From Octopus sinensis (lineage: Eukaryota): a DNA stretch of 64,000 bases. The DNA is taken from the NCBI RefSeq assembly GCF_006345805.1, contig NC_042997.1:151838001-151902000 (forward strand). Direction: 5' to 3'. The notes below the pieces were generated by a model. That model was not told the DNA's origin, searched no databases, and saw only the letters and a program-made list of their open reading frames with translations. The position numbers and the translations under genes are program-made. Positions 12,709-25,800 of this stretch are shown here, in pieces; within the stretch, counting starts at the first letter, position 1, and the number at the start of each line of letters is the position of its first letter.

Positions 12709-13003
12709 GGATTTTCTAACTTCCGGGAGATTTGGTCTAAAACTTCATGGGAAGTTCCGAAGATATTCTAACTTCCGGGAAGTTTCGTGGAAAAGTGTAT
12801 TGGAAGTTCCGAAGATTTCTAACTTCCGGGAAATTTGTTCGAAAAGTACATGGCAAGTTCCGTGGATTTTCTCACTTCCGGGAAATTTTATCGGAAACTG
12901 CATGGGGATTTCCGATGATTTTTTAACTTCCGCGAAATTTGATGGAAAACTACATGGGAAGTTCCGAGGATTTTCTAACTTCCGGGAAGTTTGGTCGAAA
13001 ACT
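12709..13003 (+). repeat. ~52-bp minisatellite, ~5.7 copies
   Basis: Consensus by eye ggattttctaacttccgggaagtttggtcgaaaactgcatgggaagttccga. Confidence 0.9.
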
Positions 13004-13430
13004 GCTTAGCGGTTCTCCAAACGAGATAGATAAAATGACGTGGCGGTTCGCCAAACGAGATCGATAAAATGACTTAGCGGTTCTCCAAACGAGGTCGATA
13101 AAATGACGTAGCGTTTCGTGAAACGAGATCGATAAAATAACGTAGCGGTTCGCCAAACGAAATCGATAAAATGACGTAGCGGTTCGCCAAACGAGATCAG
13201 CAAAATGATGAAGCGTGTCGCTAAACGAGATCGAAAACATCCCTTAGCGGTTCGCCAAACAAGGTAGGTATTACGACGTAGCGTTTCGCTAAACGAGAAC
13301 GATTAAATGAATTAGCGGTTCGCCAAACGAGATCGATAAAATGACGTAGCGGTTCGCCAAAGGAGATCGATGAATTGACGTAGCGGTTCGCCAAACGAGA
13401 TCGATAAAATGACTTAGAGGTTCGACAAAT
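13004..13430 (+). repeat. 34-bp minisatellite, ~12.5 copies, derived from the SINE A tail
   Basis: Unit tagcggttcgccaaacgagatcgataaaatgacg versus SINE A cttagcggttcggcaaaagagaccgatagaataag. Confidence 0.9.
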
Positions 13431-13714
13431 GATTACTTTATAATTCTTTGGTGCTTATTTTACAATTGAGATGTATTGCTATTGTTACGATTTTTTCTTA
13501 CTATAATCAACAACAACACACATTTCGTCAATATCAAAGTCTTTATTAAATTAAAAATAACATTATCAAAACATGAATGTTTTCTTCCGGGCATCAATGT
13601 ACTGTAGCAGTAGTTTTTCACGTTGTTCAAAAACCGACCTTTCTCCTGAAACAATCAGTGGAATCAGTCGATCTCCATACACAAGCTGTTTTCCTCCTGA
13701 AACTTATATAAAAC

Positions 13715-13800
13715 ACACACATTAGGCGCACGTTTATATAAGCCGCACATTAAATTTCTCAAATAAAATATAGCCGCTTATACATTAGAAAATAAGGTAA
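13715..13800. mobile_element. Possible pogo/Tigger-like terminal sequence
   Basis: taggcgcac...tataagccgcac...gcttatacattagaaaataaggta resembles pogo-type ends as remembered; no partner TIR found. Confidence 0.25.
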
Positions 13801-13811
13801 ATATGTTTTAT

Positions 13812-13990
13812 CTTTTACTTCTTCCTTCAGTCATTTGACTGCGGCCATGCCGGGGCACCGCCTTGAAGGGTTTTAATCTAAAAAATTTACCCTAGAGCAT
13901 AATTTTTTAATCTAGAACTTATTCTATCGGTGTCTTATTGCCGAACCGCTAAGTTACGTCGTTGTCAAGCGGTGGTGGGGACACATAATA
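13812..13990 (-). mobile_element. SINE family A fragment
   Basis: tcagtcatttgactgcggccatgc...cttattctatcgg...gccgaaccgctaagttacg. Confidence 0.8.
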
Positions 13991-14015
13991 CACGAGACGT
14001 ACATACATAGATATA

Positions 14016-14059
<44 letters not shown>

Positions 14060-14060
<1 letters not shown>

Positions 14061-15120
14061 CGGGAAGCTTTATGAAAATAAACAAAAGACGAAGGCAGGT
14101 GGAAAACAAACGAACAATTGTATTAGTATGGCGCTCAGGAAATATAAATAAAACAAGTCTTTAACGTTTCGAGCCTACGCTCTTCAACAGAAAGATACAC
14201 AGAGAGAGAAAAACACAGAAAGAAGGAGAGAAAAAAATGCGTGCAGTAGCTAACGAATCAACATGGCGATCTGATTTCGGCCAGAGGTCAAAGATCAAAC
14301 ATGAGACGCGAGAGCGAAATAAGGGGAGATAATAGGGTTGAGGGACCAGCTAAAAGTGCGTGGGAGGGGTCTGGATGTGTATGTATAGGGTTGGTGTATG
14401 TATTAGTATGTATAAGGGTGTGTGTGTGTGTGTGTGTGTGTATGAGAGAGTATCAGTGCGTGGGATTGGTCTGGACGTGCGTATGTATGGGGTTGGTGTA
14501 TGTATTAGTATGTATTAGTATGTATTAGTACGTATTGGTATGTATAGGTGTGTGTGTGTGTGTGTGAGAGAGTATAAGTGCGTATGCGGGGTCTGGACGT
14601 GTGTATGTATAGGGTTGGTGTAAGTATTAGTATGTACTAGTATGTATTAGTACGTATTAGTATGTATTAGTTGGTGTGTGTGTATTAGTATGGCACATCA
14701 TATGTGATGTGATGTGTAAAGTCATGTGGTGTAGTGAGGAGAAGAGGGGGAGGGGAGAAGAGGGGGGAGAAGGGGAGGGGAAGAAGAGGGGGAGGGGAGG
14801 GTGAAGAGGAGAGGATGGGGAGAAGGAAGGGGAGGAGAGGGATGAAGGAGGAAAGAGGGAGAGGGGGAGAGAGAAGGGGAGAGAGGGAGTGAGGGAGCAG
14901 AGGGAAGAGGAAGAGGAGGGAGAAAGAGGGAAGAAGGAAGGGGAGTAGGGGTGAAAGGATGAAGGACTGAAGAAGTGGGGGTCGGGGGGAGAAAGGATAG
15001 GTGAGGAGGGGGAGAGGGGGGTTAGATGAGGAGGGGGGGAGAGTTGAGACCAAATGGCGTATAAGAGCGAAGACACACTACGCGCTTTTTTCCTTTTCCG
15101 CCTCCTACATTTGTTCACAA
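14060..15120 (-). mobile_element. Repeat family gamma (PLE-like) with hammerhead-like motif at ~14157-14197, internal tandem repeats and a purine-rich tract
   Basis: Minus strand tcttt-ctgttga-a-gagc-gtag-gctc-gaaac-gtt-aaaga; homologous to 41040-41215 (+). It contains three ~100-120-bp tandem units (14369, 14469, 14591) and a GA-rich tract at 14735-15045. That all of this is one element is inferred. Confidence 0.55.
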
Positions 15121-15190
15121 CGCCTTGTTCGACTGTAACCGGAACCATGTGGTTAAAGAGCTTAGCTTCTTACACACAACCATACTTGCA

Positions 15191-15231
<41 letters not shown>

Positions 15232-15266
15232 GCGCACGCACACATACACACACATACATACACACA

Positions 15267-16497
15267 CGACAGTCGGCGAAAAAGTTCATAGGCTCACCAC
15301 GATACTCTGATGGAATGTGGCCAAATGAGCTTTATTTTTCAACATCGTCCCCCTTACGATCCATTACACTTCTTCCATCGGTGTTGCAGTGCTCAAATCC
15401 TATTGGTGAAAAAGCTTTTCTAGTACGGATCAATAATTCCTTAGCAGCATATATGACGTCATCCTCACTGTGTTGCTCGTTCTCAGCAAGGTGAGTTTTA
15501 ATGTAGGGGAACAGATGATAATCAGAAGCGGGGAAACGAAGTGAATAGGGTGAGTGGTCAAACAGTACAAAGCCACAATCACGTACGACAGCCATTGATG
15601 CCAAGGAATTTCGCTCTGGAGCATCGTCTTGATGAAACAAGATCCTATCTGTCAGTTTTCCTGTGCATTTGATCTTGCTATCTTTCGTAACTGCCTTATT
15701 AAGTGAGCGGGTTATTATCCATTGATGGCGTGACTCTTTTGTTGACAGTCAATAATCACAGCTCCTTTTGCATCCCTGAAAATTGAGACCGTCACCGTCT
15801 CTGCAGAAGAAATGTCTTTGGAGCAAGTAAAGAGAAGTGTTTCCACTATATAAAGTGTCTCTTTGTCTTTGGTGCTAAACGATGAATTCTGTTCAAAGAA
15901 ACCAGCTGAATGTGCCTCAATGTTGGATATTCTCATGACATAATCAGCCTAGTCCGCATTTTATTCAGGTTTCAGCAGATCCTCCGTCATGCCAAGTCCA
16001 CTGTGCAGAATATTTTCAACTCACTCATGAGATATGCGTATAACATTGGCTATTTAATATATTGTAAATCGTCTGTCATCCATCACCAAAATTGAGAAGA
16101 CGATCAATGTTTTTCCTCGGTTGTGGCAATCATATCAAGTCCTGACCTTGGGTCATTTTCAAGGCTCTTCCTTCCCTTCTTAAATTCAGCTCCCCACTTC
16201 CGCACTGTTGATAAAGATGGAGCATCATCCCCTAATGTAGCAATCATGTATGAATGTCTTTGGGGGTAAACCGTTTTTCTGCAGGTGTTTCATAACTCTA
16301 CGATATCAAATTATGTACATTTTCAAAAGAAGATGCAACTAGTTACGTTTGAAGTCTTCTTTGAACATTCAGATTTCAGTTTACTTGGAAAACAACAATG
16401 CGGTTATTCATAAGAAGAGTGGAAATGAATGCACGATTTCACAGGTCTAGCATCAGTTCTTAATAGACAGCCTATGAACTTTTCAACGTACCCTCAA
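15267..16497 (-). mobile_element. Near full-length (~1.23 kb) degraded mariner transposon
   Basis: TIR core aaaagttcataggct at both ends (15279-15294 and reverse complement at 16469-16484). Minus translations: IATLGDDAPSLSTVRKWGAEFKKGRKSLENDPRSG (HTH), SIFRDAKGAVIID, HQDDAP...FVLFDHSPYS...SDYHLFP (D,D34D-type catalytic region). Confidence 0.85.
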
Positions 16498-17042
16498 GTG
16501 TGTGTGTGTTTGTGTGCCTGGTATGATTAAAAAATACGGTATTTCCAATGCAACACTCAACTCGGGCTATCCACGTTGAGCAGAGACCATTGTAATTGGC
16601 CATTAAATATGGGGTAAAGTCTTTCTTCGACTTCATAGCTAGATATGTTTCTTTATTAGCCACACAGGGCTGCACACAGATAGAACAAATTACAAGGTAG
16701 AGCTTTTCTTTTGGGGGTAAAAAAAAGGGAGTGGTGGTTTTCGATCAAAAGGGATCGTAAAAGGAAAGAAAGAGGACTAAAAAAAAAAGGGAGGGGTTAA
16801 TAAAAAAAAGAATTAAATTAAAAAAAAAAAGGGGGGGTGGGAGAGCAAAAAAATTATCAATAGGGATCGTTATCACAGCAATGTCAATATGAAGTGTAAA
16901 GGGGAGAACAGGTGAGGTTTACCCGTGGAAAGAAAAGCCTACGGAAAAGACCACGGTAACCTCGGTCAATGAAGTCATATGTTATATTTCTTTTTTTTTT
17001 TTTTTTTGCAAATAAGCAACTCTCTGTATTAATTTTTACGGT

Positions 17043-20000
17043 TCATAGAATCATAGTCAAGGTGGCTTCGTCATTCATACGTGCCATCCTTGCTACATTC
17101 ACCCATCTTTTTTTAAAACATTCACTAGACAAAACTTGCCTCTCTACTCTCACTTTCCTCTTCAAGTGATACTTGAAGAAGTTGATGAGAGATTGACCAG
17201 AGAGGAAAGTGTTTGTCTCTAATCCTTTCAGGCGCGTCCACCAGATACATTCTTTCGCCATAGCCACAAGTATGATAAAAATAGCTCTTCCCTCCCGTTT
17301 CAAGGAAGGAGGCGTGACGATATTAACGATAGACTCGGCTGATAAACCGACACGTCCCACACGTGACAGCAGTCGTTCGACATAAGCCCACAGGTCGGAA
17401 ATTGCTGGACACTGCACGATTGCGTGCAGAGCGGTTTCGTCGCTCTGCCCGCATCTCGGGCAGGTCGGCCCCGTGTTTCTCGAGCCATGCCTATAGAGCT
17501 TATCCCGAACGGGTAGCGCTTCTCGGTAGCACCGCCAGGCCAGGGATCTCTGGAAGTTGTCCATAGGTCCCGGGCCGAAAGTCGTTTGAAACAGGCGGGT
17601 CAGGTATTCCTCGTCGACGCCCAGGTTTGCTCCGAGCTCGTCGTCGTACCTCCCCTCCACTAATCCCCTAAAGAATGCTTTGGTTGTGTTGAAGTCACTC
17701 AAGGTCGACCCGGGACGGCAGAGTTGCTTGAGAGCAACGCGACACTCGCGGTGCCATTCGCCCTTCCTCGGCCTCTTTTTGATCCACGACTGTAGTTCGG
17801 TCATGGAGACGAGTTGCGGGAATGCGTGCCTCACAAACGGCGACCACACCTGTTCACCGTCGTCTACATAGAGCCGGAGATGTCGCAGTCTCAGCGCGTG
17901 TCTGCGCATCATCAACCACGGCATGCCCAGCCCTCCTTTTAACGGGTGTTGACAGCAAATGGATCGCCTGACCATCGGGACGCATCCTTTCCACAAGAAG
18001 CGGAAGAGGATGCGTTCTAGTTTGGTGATGGTAGGGTCGGGACAAGGTACGACGGTCAGGCGGTAGTAGATGATGGACGCGATGTACGCGTTCACCACCT
18101 CCGCCCGACCTTTTAGGGACAGTTTCCTCTCGGCCCATTGCTGGGCGAGAGTGACCACCCTACTCGTTATCTCGTTCCAGTTCTTCTCCATTTGGAGGTC
18201 CGGACCGAACCAGACCCCGAGCAACTCAACCGGGCCGTCTGTCCAGCGTCCCACGACGGAGGTACTGGTGGACGGCATGGGCTTGCTTCTCCAGGTGCCG
18301 AGCCGCAAGCCCACTGACTTTTCCCGGTTGATTTTTGCTCCTGTCACCGCTTCGTAGTCTTTCAGTGTCTCGCCGACCCGCTCGATGTGCTCGTGGCTTG
18401 ACACTATGATGGTGACGTCGTCCGCGTATGCAGACACGCTCGTCCCGCATCCCAATTCTCGCGGGATGCCCCTCAGAGTCGCCAGCTTCCGCAGTAGTGG
18501 CTCAAGAGTCAATACGTATAGAAGCGCCGAGAGGAGGCATCCCTGACGGACCGAACGTGCAATGTCGAAAGGTCTCGATAGATGTCCATTTACGCGAATT
18601 ACCGAACGGATGCCTCTGTACAAGGCAGCTATCCAGCCGCGGAAGACGGGACCGAAACCAGCCGCTCTCAGGACTGCCTCCAAGTATCGATGGTCTACCC
18701 TATCAAAGGCTTTCGATTGATCCAAGTTGATCAGGGCCCCACCCATGCCAGGTTCGTTAACTACCCTGTCTATGATGTAGCGCATCAGATGGAGGTTGTC
18801 ATGGATGCTCCGGCCCGCACGGCGCACGTTTGTGCGTTGTCGACCAGTTTCTCGATGACAAGCGCCAACCTCTTGGCTAACACCTTTGTCAAAATTTTCA
18901 GGTCTGCATTGAGCAGCGTGATTGGTCTAAAGTTATCTATAATGTTTCCCTTGTTTGGATCTTTCTTCAGCAGAGTTACAGCTCCTCGACTCACAAAACC
19001 GGGTATGCTCCCGTTTTGCTGCCAGTTGCAGTATACCGCTGCCAAGACGTCTCCAAACAAGTCTGGCATACAATTGTAAAACTCGTAGGGCAGACCATCC
19101 AAACCCGGTGATTTGTCCCTCGAGCATTCTGCTATCGCTTCCTGCACTTCCGCCGCCGTGATGGCACCTTCGCAGCACCCTGCCTTTCTTGTCGAGAGTC
19201 GTGGCAGGCTATGTAGGTAGGCACTGAAGTCCACCCTACGTTTTGCCCTCCACTCGTCCCGTACAGTCGGGCAAAATGCTGCTGAAAGGCCTCACACATT
19301 TTACTTGGCTCGAGCAATTCGCGCCCCTGTTCATCTACCAGTGACCGAATGGTGGCTTTGTTGCCCTGTTGCGCCTCTGCCACCCGGGCCTCTCTCGCGG
19401 CTCCAACACCTTCGTTCCTTAGAGCACGCATCCTAGCTCTGACAGCACATCCTTCGTGTTTGGCGTTGAAGTGTTGGTCGAGGGCCAACCTCGCCGCCAA
19501 AACGTCGGATGCGATGCCGCTTCTAATTGCCTCTTCTAGCTTCTTAACTAGCTCACTCTCTACTCTATTTCTATCTATGGCTAGTGCTTTGCTGTACCTA
19601 ATCGCTTCTGCTTTTACTGCTCTCTTGAGGGCAAACCACCATTTGTTGTTGATGATGGCTCCCGTCAAACCCCTCTTTACTAGTGTGCTAATCCGGTCTC
19701 TGAAAACTTGTCTGGACGGGAATGAGGCGTTCAGTTTCCAGTACCCAGGACCCTGTCTATGTGCCTTATCTAAGTCTAGCTTACACGTCACCAATTTGTG
19801 ATCCGTGTAGCTGACTGTGTGGAATTGTGGACATCCTAAGTTATCCTTGTCTACTGTCCTACACAGTATCCTATCTAGATACGATCTCGACGACCCACTG
19901 CGGTTGCTCCATGTCCACGTTGGTGCATTTGGGTGGTCGAGTCGGTACCTGTCAGACAGTTGGAATCGTCTGAGCAGGTCTCTGAGGCATTTGCATCCCC

Positions 20001-20460
20001 TTCTGTTTCTGTCTCTACCCACGTAGTCTACATGCGTGTCCAAGGTAGCATTCCAATCCCCCACTAAGAGTAAAGGACGAGACGTTCCCAAGAATACTTC
20101 TAGACGTCGAAAGAAATCCGCCCGACCTGTTAAGGGCGGTGCGTAGACTGATACGAGTCGAAAAGCGCACCCATTGCTGCCGTCAACATCCAGAACGATC
20201 AGAACGATCGTCTTGACTTCGAGATCCAGGCTCTTGTGAAAAAGTACCGCGGTGCCACTACCGCCCATCCTCGGCAGACAGGGAGCGAAATAAATGTTAA
20301 ACTGTCCGCCAAACATGGACTTTAGGGCCCGTGGCTCGTGGAGTCTGGTCTCACTTATGGCTATGATTCCCAAATCATGTGACTTGATGTCATTTAGGAG
20401 GTATCCTTGTTTCCAAGGAGACCCCAAGCCACGCGCATTCACACAACCAATCTTGACCAT
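17043..20460 (-). pseudogene. LINE ORF2 (APE endonuclease + reverse transcriptase + C-terminal Zn motif), split by two frameshifts (~19230, ~18820)
   Basis: APE: CVNARGL, ISETRL, LVSVYAP, VGDWN, SYLDRIL, TDHKLV. RT: KSPGLDGLPYEFY, FRPITLLNADLKIL, LDQSKAFDRVDH, RQGCLLS, YADD. C-terminus: CPRCGQSDETALHAIVQC. ORF-track pieces 19132-20460, 18785-19234 and 17043-18827. Confidence 0.93.
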
Positions 20461-20464
20461 GATT

Positions 20465-22612
20465 CTATTGGGGTGTGTGCTTTAAAACACACAAATGAAA
20501 GTACAGAGAGTTACTTACTTGTGTCGAAAGTTTTGGCTTCCTCGTTCTTTGATGTGTCTTCGAGGAGGTTTTTATATAGTTTTTGGGACAGATATTTCTG
20601 GAACCCCCTACAGCATTTGGGAAGAGGGCTTTGAGTTTGTGGTGTTGTGTTTGTGTGATGTGTAGTATTTTGATGTGTTTGGGTGGTGTAGTGCGTGGAT
20701 GATTGCTATTTTTAAAGTCATCTTCACAAATGTTTGTGAATCCTGTGATGTACTCCATTAGTTTGGAGTCTTTTGTGTCTATCGCTGATAGCATTGTTTT
20801 TGTGGTGTTGGTGCTTGTTTTGTTGTGTATGGAGTTTTCAGGGTTCAGGTATCTCCCTGCTTTGGTTGCGATTTCTTGTTTGGTTTTTCTTGATCTTTTT
20901 CTTTTACCCCCTGTGGCTATTTGCCATTCTGTCGAACTTTCATCGTTAGATGAAAAGTCTGACGAATCAGCAGGGGGCAAGGGTAAAGCGTCTGGGTGTG
21001 TTTGTGCGGTTGTAGATATTGTTGTGGTGCGCGGGGAGGGTGTTGCTGGGGGGTTTGTTGTGGTTATTGTCTCTCCTACATCCTTGGTGCTTGTCTTCTT
21101 CGTTGTTATTCTTGGTGTTGGAATTGGTTTATTTGTTGTTGGTGGTGATGATTCTGTTCTTGGCGCTGGTGTTGGTGTTGTTTGGTTGGGTTGGCTTGTT
21201 CTTTGTTGTTTTTCTTGCATTTCCGCATACAGCTTCTTGACTAGCTGTCCATATTGTGGTGTGGGCAATAATCCTGGCTTTTGTGATTTTTCCTGTGGCT
21301 GTTGTTGTTGTTGTAATTTTGCGGCAGATTTGCACTCCTTTTTGAGGTGTGCCTCACTGCCACATGTATAGCATCGTGGCCTTCTGCCCTCGACTACTAC
21401 TATCTTGCTATCGCTGGTAAGATCAGATGTACGTGGGTGGGGATTTTATTTATGTCCTCTTGACTTATGTGGAAGAGGAACTCTATTCTCTTTCCCAGCC
21501 AGTCCTTGTTTTCCGAAACACCGATATCTAGGATGTTTAAGTCCTCCATTTCGGATGTTAAGGCGGATGTTATCCACAGTGTTGTAGTCACTTGGGGGAC
21601 ACCACTGATAATGACTTTCGTCACCTTCTGGCCGAGGTGTCAACGTTAGTTCATCAGAATGAAGGGTTATCGTTGAGAATTTCTTCGCCAACTCTTCACT
21701 CTGAAAAACCACCTGTACGTGTGTGAACTTGTTCGCCCAAGTCACACAATCCTTGTATCCCCAGATGGGGCGTAAGCACTTTTCGTCTTTGTCTGTGCTT
21801 GCCTTTTCTGGACTTTTAGTTTTTTTATTTGTGATTTTATATACAATTGTCTTTTTTTTCTCCTCATTCAGTATCTGTTGAGGTATGTGTAAGAGTATTT
21901 TTCCGTTTTCATTTGTAATAAGGTTTCTGCAATCTTTAATCTGTTGTGTAGTAAACGAAACTTTTGTTACCTTTTCTTTTATCGCCTCGGCGAAGTTTGT
22001 TGTTGTTTTGTTATTGTTGTTACTGCCGGTGGTGTTGGTGTTGATGGCAGGGGTGTGGGTTGTAGGTTTGTGGTTGCTGATTATGCAACTAGCAAGGGGT
22101 GGAAAATTGCCTGCGTAATTTAGTCCTGCATTAGAGCAAATTTCGACATTTCGTTTGCTTGTCGTCGTTATTTTTTCACTTGTTGGTGATGGAGTGAGCA
22201 GTGGTTGAAGGGAATTGTTGTTGTCGTCGTCGTTGTTGTTGTTGTTGTTGTTATTGTCGTTCTTGGTGACGGCGGTGGTGTTAGTAGTATTAGTAGCATT
22301 GACGGCACGGTCTTTGGTGGCGGTGATGGTGATGTTGGTATTGTTATTGGTGGCGATGTCTTTAGTAGGGATAGCAGTTTTAGTAGCAGATTCTGCCATG
22401 GTGTTGTTGTCGGTGTTGGTGGTGGTGGACTCACTGATGGTGTTGACGGTGCTTGGCCTTGCGACCTTTGTTTTGTATTTGTTGCTGTTGTCGATGTTGA
22501 TGGTGGTGGAGGTGGTGTTGTCAGGTTCAGCGTATGCTAACAGAGCATCCTGTTTTTCTGTCTCTGCGTCACGCTTGACTTGCACCTCAGCCTCGTGGTG
22601 ACCAGTGGCCAT
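20465..22612 (-). pseudogene. LINE ORF1 (low-complexity Thr/Asn N-terminus, RRM-like middle, CCHC zinc knuckle), two frameshifts (~21640, ~21430)
   Basis: ATG at 22612 (MATGHHE...). VVVEGRRPRCYTCGSEAHLKKEC with CX2CX4HX4C at 21332-21373, in frame with track ORF 20465-21268. Stop 5 nt before the ORF2 ATG. Confidence 0.85.
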
Positions 22613-22859
22613 TCTGGAAATAAAATGGCTAAATGAAACCACGAAGGCTATGAGAATTTTTTCTTTTAAATTTTGCCCACAAGGGGCAAAATTTTGTGTA
22701 GATATTTATCAAAGGTTTACAGTGGATGTTGTTGCACAACTTTTAAACACAAAATATTTGTCAATATACACTTTTGAACGTACAAAAATACCAACTTACG
22801 TGGAGCCCATTTGACTTGCGTCTGTCTGTCCAGAGAGATAGATAGATAGACTTCATAGC

Positions 22860-23276
<417 letters not shown>

Positions 23277-23279
23277 ATA

Positions 23280-25800
23280 CTGTTTGCCTTAAAACTAGCC
23301 ACCCGGAAAGAAAATATTTGAAGGATTGTACCTTTTCTCTGCCACAAAAAAAACAAGAAATCCTAACGTCAGGCAGTGTTAAGCATTTTGTTTATGCTTT
23401 CCTGCTTAACTGAGTGAAGTACCCTATCCATAGTAGATATTTTTGTTGTAAATCTTAGTGACATTTCAACGTTGCTTCTCTTGCTTCTTCATATTTCTCA
23501 ACTTACTTCAAAGCAAAATCAAGTTTCTATTTTTTTCCTTATTTTTGTTCATATTTTGCGACTTGTTTTCAAAACCTGTGTATTAGCTAACCTATTTTTA
23601 TTATTTATTCTACCATATATATTTTATGCCAGTAATCAACCAGTATAAGGTCCCTAATATCCTTGTCTGTGTAAAAGTATAATCCTTCTGTATCATATTT
23701 TCGATGGTGTATTCTAAATGGAATAATTAATTCTCTTGTATTCATATCCTGCTTCGTTAATTCCCTAAGCTTTCGGGTAATGACATTATAACGATAACTT
23801 GTTACTAGAACTGCTACAGTATTACTGCATATTACCTGATTTCATGCATTTATCCCAACTTAACGTATTTAAGTAATGCTTCTATGATATTCCGTCCTGG
23901 CATTGTTTTGCATTTGTGTATGTTATTTACAAATATTTGTATATCGGTGTTATTTAATTCTCTTATCTCCGTTTCTTTATCCAAAATAATACAAATGTAT
24001 TAGCGTTTTTCTATTAATTTTTCTCCCCTGTTCAAGGGTGCTGTGTTGCAATTTTCTAAACTAATTTAATGTGAAATCCTCTACCACATCATGTATAGCA
24101 TGTAGCAGTGTTTCCAGTTGTTTGTCATCTGGAGCGTACAGCTTTAAATCATTCATGTACAAAAGATGATTGATTATCCTCCCATAGTATTTGCATCAAA
24201 GTCCGTCCAGTCTGGATTAGCATGCAGGGGAAAGGAAACTTATTAATGCCAAGCAGAAAAGGAACGGAGAAAAGGAAACCTCTTGGAATTTAGCTCTTTT
24301 AATAGACATAGGTTTCGTGTTATAATTTCCCCCTTTTGTTTGTATCTGTGGAATTGCTTGTCAATTTATTCATGACATGTTTGTTATACCTGCTCGTTAA
24401 TGGTGCTATCTTACTCATGGCTAACGTTTCTACAAACTTCGAGTATGGTACATTGTCGAAATACTTCTGTTAATCAATCCATGGCTTACTTTGTCTCTTT
24501 TTTCAATGTCTACTTTGCATTATCCTTTCTGTTCCTCTAGAAGTATACCCCTACCAGATACGTATTTATTCAGTGGTATCATTGCAATTACCACTACGAA
24601 TGGCGTGTGAAAACATGTAACAGGCTTATAGGTTTGATGTTTGTGATCTGGGATTCGGAAGAAGTTTTCTTACTGTATCTTATTCGTATTGCGTTTGAAC
24701 TTTTAATAGATCTCTAAATATTTTTCAAGCACGTTGTATGTGTTTTTTAAATACTTCAATAATAAGTTTTGAACTTTATCCTTTTCTGGAGTTTTCTTCA
24801 ATCTTTGGGATATTTTTATAACGTTTAGCCACTTTGACTATATTTCTTGCTTAAGAATGCTCGTAATATATGTAACACTTGTTTTAAACATTCTTGTGAG
24901 TTTACTTGTTATTATTATTCTTCACCCAAATTCTTCTACTCTTGCTCCTGTGTTAGCTCCTGAAAATCCTTTTATAGATTTTTATACAAATGCTATGGGA
25001 GAATAATCAATTATCTTTTATGTATATTTAAAGCTGCATACGCCAGATGAAACATCGAAATAATGTTATGTGCAATATTTGATTCAGTTGAGGATTTTCA
25101 TAAACTCGAATTAAAGAATCTTTTCGTTACAACCAATGTGTTGAGATTTAACAAACAACCTTTGCTTTAGGCATTCTTTGGTTTTGATTACTTCATTTTC
25201 TCCCTCGCTGTTATTATATTTGTCTGTTCCCATATTTAGTATTTGTACTGTTTGTTGTTTATTTCAATAAGGGTTGAATGAGACTTTTTCTATTTCCAGT
25301 TTTTGTATGTACGTTTGTTCCACATTGTTTGTTTGGTTATTAATATCCTTATGTGACTAATTTCCGAAAACTTACCTACTTTTGTTACTATTGTGGTTGC
25401 AATATTATTATTTGGTTTAGCTCAGTGATAAAGCGATCGCATTTGCTTTCATTAAGTCTACCGTATCTTTAAAAGGTTGTGCTTTATATTATTGCAGTTT
25501 TATCGTTATCATTGGGATCTTTCATTTGGTCCACAGGGAAAGATTGTATCGACATCAGTTCTTCAACTATTTCCATCACTGGATTATTTTTGCATTTAAA
25601 AGTTCCATCCTAGAATGGCCTATTCTTAAACATTACTTAAATTACCGTATATTCCTGTTTTTGTTGATGCAGTTCTAGCTCGGTTTTTATAAGTCAATAT
25701 TCTCTAAGTAACCTGGCCTGTTATTTCTGTTTGGTTTGTTTGCTTTCTCGTTTTAGATCTATGTTTGTGATTAATATATTTCATGATTATGTATTTTAAT
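23280..25800 (-). mobile_element. Degraded R4/Dong-like non-LTR retrotransposon (RT region)
   Basis: Minus translation around 24100-24290: IFQE-VSFSPFLFCLAL...INHLLYMNDLKLYAPDDKQLETLL (GIFQGDSLSPLLFC / NHLxYMDDLKLY pattern). Heavily decayed. Confidence 0.7.

Larger units (their letters stand above)
16646..22848 (-). mobile_element. Structurally complete Tx1-like (L1 superfamily) LINE, ~6.2 kb, with 17-bp TSD
   Basis: TSD gacttcatagctagata at 16629-16645 and 22849-22865. 5'UTR ~22613-22848, ORF1, ORF2 and ~400-bp 3'UTR ending ...ctaataaagaaaca. Confidence 0.93.

Noticed and set aside
13004-13430. 34-bp repeats resembling a CRISPR array
   Set aside because: Units are contiguous with no unique spacers, derive from a SINE segment, and the context is eukaryotic with no cas genes.
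17300-22601. Plus-strand and alternative-frame ORFs overlapping the LINE (e.g. 19349-19801, 20703-21371, 22205-22540)
   Set aside because: Antisense or shadow frames of GC-richer LINE ORF1/ORF2; no independent motifs.
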